A stretch of 64,000 nt of DNA. Origin: Octopus sinensis (taxonomy: Eukaryota). The translations under genes were made by a program, and so were the position numbers. The stretch is from the NCBI RefSeq assembly GCF_006345805.1, contig NW_021835991.1, positions 434,001 through 498,000 on the forward strand, given 5' to 3'. The first letter of the stretch is position 1. Each line of letters opens with the position of its first letter. Below are positions 13,430 through 24,300 of this stretch, one piece after another. Under the pieces are notes generated by a model. The model had not been told where the DNA came from. It saw only the letters and a program-made list of their open reading frames with translations, and ran no database searches.

Positions 13430-14560
13430 GAATGTACGGCTATTTTAGAAAAAGTGAAAACTCGAGCTGATCAAGTATTAATACTGGCGAATCTAATGAA
13501 CCCAGCATGTTGTGAGAAGTCTCTTTCAACTGCAGAGATTGACTTCGCTTTGGAGTATTGTCTGAATATCATAAATATGCTCTCCTAAATCTAATTAATT
13601 TCCGAGCTGAACCATTTAAGCAATACAATATTCTAATAAAACTTGATGGTCATTAATCATTAGCCACACACCACTCTGGACATTGCCTATCCATAAGTAC
13701 GATTATTTCCATTAAGATGCTCAAAAATGAATAAAACTATTAACTAACTTATGATACTTTTATTGAAATAGACAAATTGAAAAAACCATCGACTTTGTCA
13801 GATTCATTTTTACAAATTGTAAAAAGTGTCAACCTTTACTCATAGTAGTTCTTTAAAATGTTTTTTCAATAATCGTTTTTCGGGCTCCGTAATTAGAAGT
13901 AAAATAATCATTGTTAATACACATATTGTCATATTTAGAATGTCATTATAATTCATCATTTTGTTAATATAAAATTTGTCGATTCTAAATCATTCAGCAA
14001 ATATGATAAGTGAATATTGTGATCTCTATTATGTTGTTCATTAAATAAACATTCTTTCGCTTTTTTAATAAGCAAAAAATTTTCTAAAGAAATTCATACT
14101 TGAATAACATTTGACAGTTTTAGCATAATAAGAAACAGCTTTGAGCCAGCTTCCTAATCTCGCAGCTATTGGTTCTGGCGGGTACCCAATTTTTTTGAAC
14201 AATTGTCTTTGATAATTGTTCTTTATAACAAATGGTTGTAAAATTTTTACTATATTGTGGCAAGTAAACTCTGAAGGAGGTGGATGCCCAATAAATTCGA
14301 ATAAGTGATAAATGCTCTTTTCCTCAATTTATAGAGTGGAATGTTTTCTGATACAAATGCTTCCGTTACGTCTGACGCAAAATTTCAGAAAAATAATTTT
14401 TCAGAACAATAGTCAATTGTCTTGTATTTGTGGATATATAATTTGTTTGTAGAGAGTGCTTATGTGTTTCTCTGTGTTTGCTCACAAAAAATTGTTTTTG
14501 CATGTTACTGGCAATTCACATAATTTACAAAAAAGCATTTCACCCGATGCAACTGAAAAT
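13430..14560 (-). mobile_element. Degenerate hAT-like transposase of the CGGBP1-related type
   Basis: Broken frames read LFCKLCELPV, AFVSENIPLYKL, GYPPEPIAARLGSWLKAVSYYA and SISAVERDFS. Confidence 0.6.
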
Positions 14561-14689
14561 TCTTTGGGATTTTTTTACAAATATTTAAATGCTTTTTAAT
14601 TAGGAAAGCTTATTTTTAGCTATATGTACTTTATAATTTAGTTTAAGACTTGTTACAATAAGAGAGAAATGTTACGAAGATAATTTTAA

Positions 14690-15283
14690 TCAACCTTTAT
14701 TCTTGTATCACCCCTCCAATTTGTGTATAGCCCCTTTACGGATGACATTTTTTGCAATCGAATGGGCATTACTTATAATTTAAAATAATAATGCAATTAG
14801 TTTTTGCAAGTACCTCTTCTACTTTATATAAATAAGATAATTCAGAGACATTTTGAGATATATTTTGACGGTAAGGTGTTTTTATTTTCAAGATTATTTT
14901 TTTAATTCAGAAAAAATCTGCTTTTTTAATTGAATTATTATGTTTTCGGTTAAATGTTCAACCAAACTAAACGGTTTCATTGCCTCATTCGAAAAGATTG
15001 TAACACATTAAAAACAAATTTGTTTATTAGGATCTTGAGGATCTTTAATAAACCCAACAGAAATATATTCATCATTATATATTCTGACTTTTTAGAAATC
15101 ATGGATATTGATAACTATAGAAATCACGCTTAGAAATTTAAATAAAATATAATAAAAATCTTTTTCAAAGATTATCGACTTCTAACATTAGATTTTCATT
15201 TTTCAGATATTAGCAATTAACCATCCCCCTCACACAATAAACCTCCCCCTAGGATGCCAATCGCCCACCGTTGAGAACCACCG
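14690..15283. mobile_element. Non-autonomous derivative of the Buster-like hAT at 31297-33099
   Basis: Right TIR GTTGAGAACCACCG followed by CTCTAGAT. Internal sequence aligns to 32515-33099 and the degraded left end aligns to 31306-31330. Confidence 0.7.
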
Positions 15284-15469
15284 CTCTAGATCCAATTTGC
15301 AGAAAGCGATTTTCGTAATCACGCGAAGTCTCATTCGTTATGTAGTAAGTAAGTGCAATATATGCAAGTTTGCTGCTCAAATAAAATAGTATAACGATTT
15401 GAGCTAAATTGTTGCTGATTTAGTTTAAAAAGATATCAACTTGATCTATTTTATCTTAGAAAGTTAAAG

Positions 15470-15990
15470 TTCAACCTAACTTTATGCAAAAAAAAATTTC
15501 AGTCAATTCGTTTTAAACTGGATCAACTTCAGCTGACCTCTTTAACTGTCACACAGCTGAGACTGACTCAAACCTCTCCAAATTCAATGGACAAGATTGC
15601 TCCTGAACAACGAATATTTATGTATTGGTATCAGTGTACGCATAGGTATGGATATCTGCCAGCCTCACACCTGCAGGTAGGAGAGCACAATTTTTTCGAA
15701 CGGCTTGCATACCCTAGAAAGAGTGTTGGTGAGTATTCCTCGCCACCCAGGTCGAGGAAAAGAAAAGGATAAAGTACAAAGACAATTCTGAACTTTCGAG
15801 TTCGATCCCCTGCTTTCGAAACCTTTGGAATCGTCTACAAGATGACGACTCAGCTGCTATCGTTTGGAGCATCGAAGATCTTGCCGAAAAAAACGACCGG
15901 AGAGAGACGAGCTAGCTTTTTCAGCAAGTCTCGGTGTGCTCGCCGAAAATACCATTCCATACGCACTGCGGAGTCAAATAGCTAAGTCTT
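15470..15990 (+). pseudogene. Fragment of an unidentified spliced gene (also ~43170-43740 and ~52230-52800)
   Basis: GC-richer island with 22-25 nt GT-AG candidates (e.g. GTATTGGTATCAGTGTACGCATAG). Reads MDKIAPEQRIFM|YGYLPASHLQ and QDDDSAAIVW.IED...ASLGVLAENTIPYALRSQIA; each copy has stops or frameshifts. Confidence 0.3.
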
Positions 15991-16780
15991 CGGGCCTCGA
16001 CAAAGAATTTAAAGTGTAGTTGGTTGATTTACTTTTAATTTCTTTAAAGCTTTATTTTTCGCTACAAAAAGACTCAAGTTACTAATCTATTAAATCAATT
16101 TCAACAATTTTTAGATATAGAAACTATATGCGGTACTTTTCGCAGGAGGGTGGGAGCTTTAGCCCCCTAGAATTCCCCCTTTTTACATTCCAAACTTAAT
16201 TTGTTCTCAAAAAAAAAGTAAATAGTAATTTGAAAAAGTAGTAATCGATTGTCAACCACTGGCAGTCAGCATGGATGCGTGAACCACAAAAAACTGCAAT
16301 TCCAATTTGTTTGTGAAGTCAGAAACCAACATCCATCACGTATGTTAAACAAAAATAAAAATGCGCAAGAGCACACGAAAAAAATACGCCGTAGGACAGC
16401 CCGACTGGAACCGACCTCACCCCATAGCGATCCAAAGTGCAATGGATGACTAAAGGATGGAATGCCTGCCTAAGTGATAACAAGCATCCACGACCAGGTA
16501 AGTGAATTTTTGAAATGGCACTCTCTAAATGTATTTAAAAAATCATTTAAATTATGTTCAATATTTCCACCGGATGAATTATTTTTATTCAATTAGAAAA
16601 TTAATTTTGAGGTACGTTCTTTTTTAAATTTTAGAAAAAAACCATTACAAATTTATTATAATACTTTATTATTTTTATATTACATAAATATCAAATACGA
16701 AACAAACAGTTGATGATATAGAATACAGCTGATTGTTAGTGCTATTTTAAAAAAACAAAAAGTTTTTTAGAATGTATATA

Positions 16781-17989
16781 CACTCAACCTCTCAAATTGG
16801 CCATTTTTGGTTCCTTCAATATTGTTGGCCAATTTGAGAAATGGCCAATTAGAGAATAAAACTAGTGTTTGTGATGGAGACTCGCTAGAGAGAATACTAA
16901 ATAACTCACTTGATAAGTTTGGATAAATTATTCTATATGTATATTTAAATATTTCGAATTATTAGAGATCTGTATAGCTGTGATAACCTTCGTTACGTGA
17001 ATGTAGATGCTTTTGTACGTCTAGTCGCATTAACACATCAGTACAAATCTTATTCTAACATTAAAGTTACATGCAATCAAATACCATTTTTATTCGCCAA
17101 AAATCAGTCGTCGCCTCAACCTTAAATATTTTAAATTACTGACTGTGTAGTTTTTTTAAAGACCAGAAAATGTGCATGTTCACAAATGGGTCCTAACACA
17201 CAATGTATACTTTTTTATTCTCATATAAGAATTACAACAGTGACGAATAAACTAAATATCTTATTAGCCGACAACAGTGTGAAAATAAAAGTATCTCAAA
17301 TGCAACCTCTGTGACCACCCTATCCCAAATAATATAATCTGCACAAGTGAATGTAACTGAAAAATATTTTGACGGTACTCAATAACTAACCTAATTATTC
17401 TGATATTTCTTGTTTCCACTTTTCTTTATTGTTACATTCACTAGTCAGAATTAAATCCAAACTTGCACAATTTTTTATTGATTTAATTAAAAGAAAAACC
17501 AAATTTTAACAAAAACCAGTCCCAAAATTAGTTACAGATATGTATTTTGATGTCTGGGTCAAATGAAGAATAGTAAATCTCTTTATAAGGATTATTCACC
17601 AGTTTAAAATCACTCATAATAAAAATAGACTTGATTAATGACATTCTGATTGTTTGTAACAACCTTCACAGTAACCTCACACAACTTGAAAATTGCTTCT
17701 TCAAAATGGATACGCTAAATTTTGAGGATTGCGATCAAACCGAATAACTTTCTTCTTTTTACGGAATAATTCCAGAATCAGAAAGTTTTCTAGAATGTAT
17801 TATCAATAATTTAACTTGTCTGCCGAAAATTAATAAAATTCAAATTTATTGAAAAAATTATGAAAAATAAAAATTATGCTACTAAAAAAATTAAAATTTA
17901 TGGCCAATTTGAGAATTTATTATTTTGCAGAGTTTTTCAATTTTCCAGAAATAAATTGTTCAAAATGGCCAATTTGAGAGGGTTGAGTG
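16781..17989. mobile_element. Non-autonomous Tc1/mariner-superfamily (pogo-like) element
   Basis: TIR CACTCAACC(C)TCTCAAATTGGCCATTTT and its reverse complement, flanked by TA on both sides. Confidence 0.85.
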
Positions 17990-18439
17990 TAGTATTACTT
18001 TTTTTATTAATGCGTCCACTTTCAGTTGATTTTCCTCTTTATTGAACCACAACCAATCTTTTTAAAGGTCCCATTCATTTATCTCACAGGGTTTGATTCT
18101 TCTGTGGTCATTCTCAAGTTCGACTCGATGGCCTCACATGGAAATGCTTTCTCCGTTGATTCATTTGTAAACCGAAACTTTTTCCATTCTTTTAAATTAA
18201 TGCTCTACACGCATAGTCTACAATGTTTTTCGGATAACCACAAATGAATACAAGCTTGTGTGGGTCCTTCGAGATTGATTGAATAGCAGTGATGTTCATA
18301 GAATTTTCACACAACACCGTTTCATATTTGAACCAATGGTACGTAGTTGCCTTGGAATTGTAGATTACTCTCAGTTCACTAGCAAGCATGTCGAATTTGT
18401 AAGCTTTTCTGACAAAATTTTCATTAAAATGAATTTCTT

Positions 18440-18562
18440 AACCTTCACTCAATCAAACTATATCTTAACCCTAACCCCTGCCATATCCTAACCTCAACCA
18501 CTTACTAATCCAAACCATATACTAGTCCTAGCCACTTCCAAACTTTACTTCTAATTTTAACC
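18440..18562 (+). repeat. Degenerate telomere-like (CCCTAA)n tract
   Basis: TTAACCCTAACCCCTG...CCTAACCTCAACC...CTAATCCAAACC; about 20 decayed hexamers. Also at ~47315-47440 and ~56370-56495. Confidence 0.5.
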
Positions 18563-19038
18563 GTAATTCTATCTATTAAGCTGTATTAACATATCAGAGA
18601 TTTAACCTCATTTTGTAGTTTATTTAACCATACAAATCAGTATAAACATATACATATTTTGTAATTATTATTAAAAAAGTAAACACAACATGATAAGAAA
18701 ATTAAAAAAAAATTTTTAGCCCGAAATTATTTTGCGAGTCTATGTTTAGTCCAGGTGTAATCAGGTCTTGACAGTTGAAATTTATGGCTATTATATATAA
18801 ATAATGTTTGGGATAATTGAAAAATTTTAGTTGCACGTTTACAAAGTCAAAAAATGTAACAAGCTGCCCATGTCACATGAACACTTTTTTGCGGCTAGAT
18901 AAATTCGAGTTTATAATTAACATTTTATCAAATAATTGTGTCAAAATAAAGCAAGCATTCTTATTTACTAGTTACGTAGGTAAAATTAGAGTTTCAAAGT
19001 ACAATGTAACCGTGCCTATGCGTATTCGTCTGCCCATA

Positions 19039-19748
19039 TCTTAATAATAAAATGGTATGGTGTGTGTCTGTCTGTCTGTCTGTCTGTCTGTGTGTGCACA
19101 CCAACTTCAAATTGGCAATACGATGTCCTCGACTTACATGATGAGGTCCTTAAAACCTTCCCCCCCAAAAAAATTAAAAAAAAATTTTCTGCATTTTGGT
19201 TAAAATGAACAACTACAATGTCCTCGACTTACATGATGAAGTCCTTAAAACCTTCCCCCCAAACAAATTAAAAAATAATTTTCTGCATTTGGTTAAAATG
19301 AACAACTACAATGTCCTCGACTTACATGATGAAGTCCTTAAAACCTTCCCCCCCAAAAAAATTAAAAAAATTTTCTGCATTTTGGTTAAAATGAACAACT
19401 ACAATGTCCTCGACTTACATGATGAAGTCCTTAAAACCTTCCCCCCAAAAAAAATTAAAAAAAATTTCTGCATTTTGGTTAAAATGAACAACTACAATGT
19501 CCTCGACTTACATGATGTGGTCCCCAAAACCTTCAAGCCAAAAAATTAAAAAAAATTATTTTCTGCGTTTTTGTTAAAATGAACAACAAGAAAGTCCTCG
19601 ACTCACATGATGTGGTCCCCCAAAACCTTCAAGCCAAAAAATTAAAAAAAATTATTTTCTGCGTTTTTGTTAAAATGAACAACAAGAAAGTCCTCGACTC
19701 ACATGATGTGGTCCCCCAAAACCTTCAAGCCAAAAATTAAAAAAAATT
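19039..19748 (+). mobile_element. Helitron 5' fragment (H1)
   Basis: Starts A|TCTTAATAATAAAATGG at an A^T site (the empty site reads CCCATA|TTAT at 47913), then a (GTCT)n microsatellite and ~7 tandem units; truncated at 19748. Confidence 0.75.
19110..19748 (+). repeat. Short tandem array (~7 units, 91-96 bp), inverted relative to the large array
   Basis: Units of type ATGAACAACTACAATGTCCTCGACTTACATGATGAAGTCC switch at ~19515 to the type found in 21355-27455. Confidence 0.95.
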
Positions 19749-19841
19749 GCGGAGGCCCTGCTCGCTACGCTCGCAGTTTCCTTAAATAACTATAAATTTA
19801 TGTAGATATATAAATGCGACCTGCTTTGATATAACCTTATT

Positions 19842-20640
19842 CTAAGGCCTGTGGATAAACGATGTTTGCAGTCCGTCCATCCTTGGCAAATATAAATAAA
19901 TTTCTCTTCTACCTACCCTTGAGCACCCCACATACAGCTGGCCATGTGAAAAGCACTCGTTCTCTAAAAATAAGCCTACTACCTTTAAAGACTGTCCCTG
20001 GGCCTTGTTTATTGTCATAGCAAAACTTATCTTCAGCGGAAATTGTAGTCTCTTAAATCTATCGCAGGCCCTTTCATGGTCCATAATAACGTCGACCGAT
20101 TTATATATTCTTTCTCTGCCAGGGATTTTCATTAATAAATCTAAATTTATATTAAGTACCTCATCATTAAGTGGAGCTAATATAGCTCGTTCACGCAGCC
20201 AGTCGAAATTCACGTAGTGTTCAGATAGTTCGGAATAGACGGCATTCAATAATTCTTCTGCTGTTTCTACGAAAATACATAATTCTTCCGGTAGCCTAAT
20301 TTTCTGGTCGTGCATTTCTGAAGTGATTGCCCCATTTCCAATATCTAGAAGGATTTGTGGGAATATGCTATTAACGCCTTGTAAATGTGCATGTACATTT
20401 ACATCTAAGCTTACCTTTTTCACGTGTGTCCACAAATATGACGATTTGAGGCAGGCATTCAATTCATCCGCAGGCGTCCCTCTTTGAATAATTGGCAGCG
20501 TCTGTCTAAAATCACCTGCCAATACAACTAATGCTCCCCCAAACAAATGGTCGCTACAATTCTTGATATCTCTATATGTTCGGTCAACTGCTTGAATGCG
20601 CCTTTATGAGCCATCGTACATTCATCCCAAACAATTAACC
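19842..20640 (-). pseudogene. Helitron Pif1-family helicase, C-terminal remnant
   Basis: LIVWDECTMAHK, FGGALVVLAGDFRQTLP, RLQFPLKISFAMTINKAQGQSL, FSHGQLYVGCSRV; frameshifts and an internal deletion after DHERACD. Confidence 0.9.
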
Positions 20641-21354
20641 TAGAATGCATAATTCTATTACCCGTAGTTGAGTCTAACAGCAGTCCTGACCTTGTTCAGC
20701 TGTTGTCTAAGTTCCCTCACCATTTAAGCACATCTTCCCTCGTTTCTCTTTTTTTGTTATATGGTTCATATTCTCTTGTTTGTTAACATTCTCAGATCTC
20801 TCTTTATAGGACATTCTTATGATTTTGTAAACGCGAATCAGTAATTTATATTAAATTTTCTACGTAAATTTATTTAGTGAAATTTATGTAAAGTGTATTA
20901 TCCAATCAAAGCCATTATACTTAATTGCCTCTATGTTTAAAGGAATTGAAACTTTAGCATAATCGAACTTGTCTGTTTCGGTAAAGAAAATGATAATCAG
21001 CTTCATCTTTGTAGTATTATAAGGAAAAAATTAAAGCCTGTTAAATCAAGGAGATTTAAATATAGGCAAATTGAAATTTACATGACTAATTTAAATTTTA
21101 TTTGCCTCTATCTTTTAAGAAATCTAAACAGTAGCATAATCGAATTTGTCAGTTTCGGCAGTTAAAAAGAATCAATTATGTAAATCTCTAATAATTTTTG
21201 CTTTTTCCTTTTTAGTGGTTTTCAAAATCTGATAATTGCACAGTCTATTCATGGTCGATAACAATTAGAGCTTTTATTTTATTTTTTAACGAAAATTTAA
21301 CAAAAAAGAATTTATGTCATCGAAAAAAGATAGCTAAGCTAATTAATGGCCTCA

Positions 21355-24300
21355 CGAGGCTTGAAGGTTGTGGAGGACCTCATCATGTGAGTCGAGGACT
21401 TTCTTGTCGTTCATTTTAACAAAAACGCAGAAAATATTTTTTTTTAATTTTTGGGCTTGAAAGTTTTGGGGACCACATCATGTGAGTCGAGGACTTTCTT
21501 GTTGTTCATTTAACAAAAACGCAGAAAATAATTTTTTTAAATTTTTTGGCTTGAAGGTTTTGAGGGACCACATCATGTGAGTCGAGGACTTTCTTGTTGT
21601 TCATTTTAACAAAAACGCAGAAAATAATTTTTTTTAATTTTTGGCTTGAAGGTTTTGAGGGACCACATCATGTGAGTCGAGGACTTTCTTGTTGTTCATT
21701 TTAACAAAAACGCAGAAAATAATTTTTTTAATTTTTTGGCTTGAAGGTTTTGGGGACCACATCATGTGAGTCGAGGACTTTCTTGTTGTTCATTTTAACA
21801 AAAACGCAGAAAATAATTTTTTTTAATTTTTTGGCTTGAAGGTTTTGAGGGACCACATCATGTGAGTCGAGGACTTTCTTGTTGTTCATTTTAACAAAAA
21901 CGCAGAAAATAATTTTTTTTAATTTTTGGCTTGAAAGTTTTGGGGGACCACATCATGTGAGTCGAGGACTTTCTTGTTGTTCATTTTAACAAAAACGCAG
22001 AAAATAATTTTTTTAATTTTTTACCTTGAAGGTTTTGGGGGACCACATCATGTGAGTCGAGGACTTTCTTGTTGTTCATTTTAACAAAAACGCAGAAAAT
22101 ATTTTTTTTAATTTTTGGCTTGAAGGTTTTGGGGGACCACATCATGTGAGTCGAGGACTTTCTTGTTGTTCATTTAACAAAAACGCAGAAAATAATTTTT
22201 TTTAAATTTTTTGGCTTGAAGGTTTTGAGGGACCACATCATGTGAGTCGAGGACTTTCTTGTTGTTCATTTTAACAAAAACGCAGAAAATAATTTTTTTT
22301 AATTTTTTGGCTTGAAGGTTTTGGGGGACCACATCATGTGAGTCGAGGACTTTCTTGTTGTTCATTTTAACAAAAACGCAGAAAATAATTTTTTTAATTT
22401 TTTGGCTTGAAGGTTTTGGGGGACCACATCATGTGAGTCGAGGACTTTCTTGTTGTTTATTTTAACAAAAACGCAGAAAATAATTTTTTTAATTTTTTGG
22501 CTTGAAAGTTTTGAGGGACCACATCATGTGAGTCGAGGACTTTCTTGTTGTTCATTTTAACAAAAACGCAGAAAATAATTTTTTTTAATTTTTTGGCTTG
22601 AAGGTTTTGAGGGACCACATCATGTGAGTCGAGGACTTTCTTGTTGTTCATTTTAACAAAAACGCAGAAAATAATTTTTTTAATTTTTTGGCTTGAAGGT
22701 TTTGAGGGACCACATCATGTGAGTCGAGGACTTTCTTGTTGTTCATTTTAACAAAAACGCAGAAAATAATTTTTTTTAATTTTTTGGCTTGAAGTTTTGG
22801 GGGACCACATCATGTGAGTCGAGGACTTTCTTGTTGTTCATTTTAACAAAAACGCAGAAAATAATTTTTTTAATTTTTTACTTGAAGGTTTTGGGGGACC
22901 ACATCATGTGAGTCGAGGACTTTCTTGTTGTTCATTTTAACAAAAACGCAGAAAATATTTTTTTTAATTTTTGGGCTTGAAGGTTTTGGGGACCACATCA
23001 TGTGAGTCGAGGACTTTCTTGTTGTTCATTTAACAAAAACGCAGAAAATAATTTTTTTAATTTTTTGGCTTGAAGGTTTTGGGGACCACATCATGTGAGT
23101 CGAGGACTTTCTTGTTGTTCATTTTAACAAAAACGCAGAAAATAATTTTTTTTAATTTTTTGGCTTGAAGGTTTTGAGGGACCACATCATGTGAGTCGAG
23201 GACTTTCTTGTTGTTCATTTTAACAAAAACGCAGAAAATAATTTTTTTTAATTTTTTGGCTTGAAGGTTTTGGGGGACCACATCATGTGAGTCGAGGACT
23301 TTCTTGTTGTTTATTTTAACAAAAACGCAGAAAATAATTTTTTTAATTTTTTGGCTTGAAAGTTTTGGGGGACCACATCATGTGAGTCGAGGACTTTCTT
23401 GTTGTTCATTTTAACAAAAACGCAGAAAATAATTTTTTTAATTTTTTACCTTGAAGGTTTTGGGGGACCACATCATGTGAGTCGAGGACTTTCTTGTTGT
23501 TCATTTTAACAAAAACGCAGAAAATAATTTTTTTTAATTTTTTACCTTGAAGGTTTTGGGGGACCACATCATGTGAGTCGAGGACTTTCTTGTTGTTCAT
23601 TTTAACAAAACGCAGAAAATAATTTTTTTAATTTTTTACCTTGAAGGTTTTGGGGGACCACATCATGTGAGTCGAGGACTTTCTTGTTGTTCATTTTAAC
23701 AAAAACGCAGAAATAATTTTTTTAATTTTTTACCTTGAAGGTTTTGGGGGACCACATCATGTGAGTCGAGGACTTTCTTGTTGTTCATTTTAACAAAAAC
23801 GCAGAAATAATTTTTTTAATTTTTTACCTTGAAGGTTTTGGGGGACCACATCATGTGAGTCGAGGACTTTCTTGTTGTTCATTTTAACAAAAACGCAGAA
23901 AATAATTTTTTTAATTTTTTACCTTGAAGGTTTTGGGGGACCACATCATGTGAGTCGAGGACTTTCTTGTTGTTCATTTTAACAAAAACGCAGAAAATAA
24001 TTTTTTTAATTTTTTACTTGAAGGTTTTGGGGGACCACATCATGTGAGTCGAGGACTTTCTTGTTGTTCATTTTAACAAAAACGCAGAAAATAATTTTTT
24101 TAATTTTTTACCTTGAAGGTTTTGGGGGACCACATCATGTGAGTCGAGGACTTTCTTGTTGTTCATTTTAACAAAAACGCAGAAAATAATTTTTTAATTT
24201 TTTACCTTGAAGGTTTTGGGGGACCACATCATGTGAGTCGAGGACTTTCTTGTTGTTCATTTTAACAAAAACGCAGAAAATAATTTTTTTAATTTTTTAC

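Larger units (their letters stand above)
1522..19038. repeat. Segmental duplication, copy A
   Basis: Colinear with 27661-47913. AGACTACCAGATTGCCGATTTCC starts both copies and homology ends at TCGTCTGCCCATA. A few percent divergence, with copy-specific TE insertions and deletions. Confidence 0.95.

Noticed and set aside
16330-16450. tRNA or SINE on the minus strand (GGTTCCAGTC, B-box-like)
   Set aside because: No cloverleaf or A box could be built.
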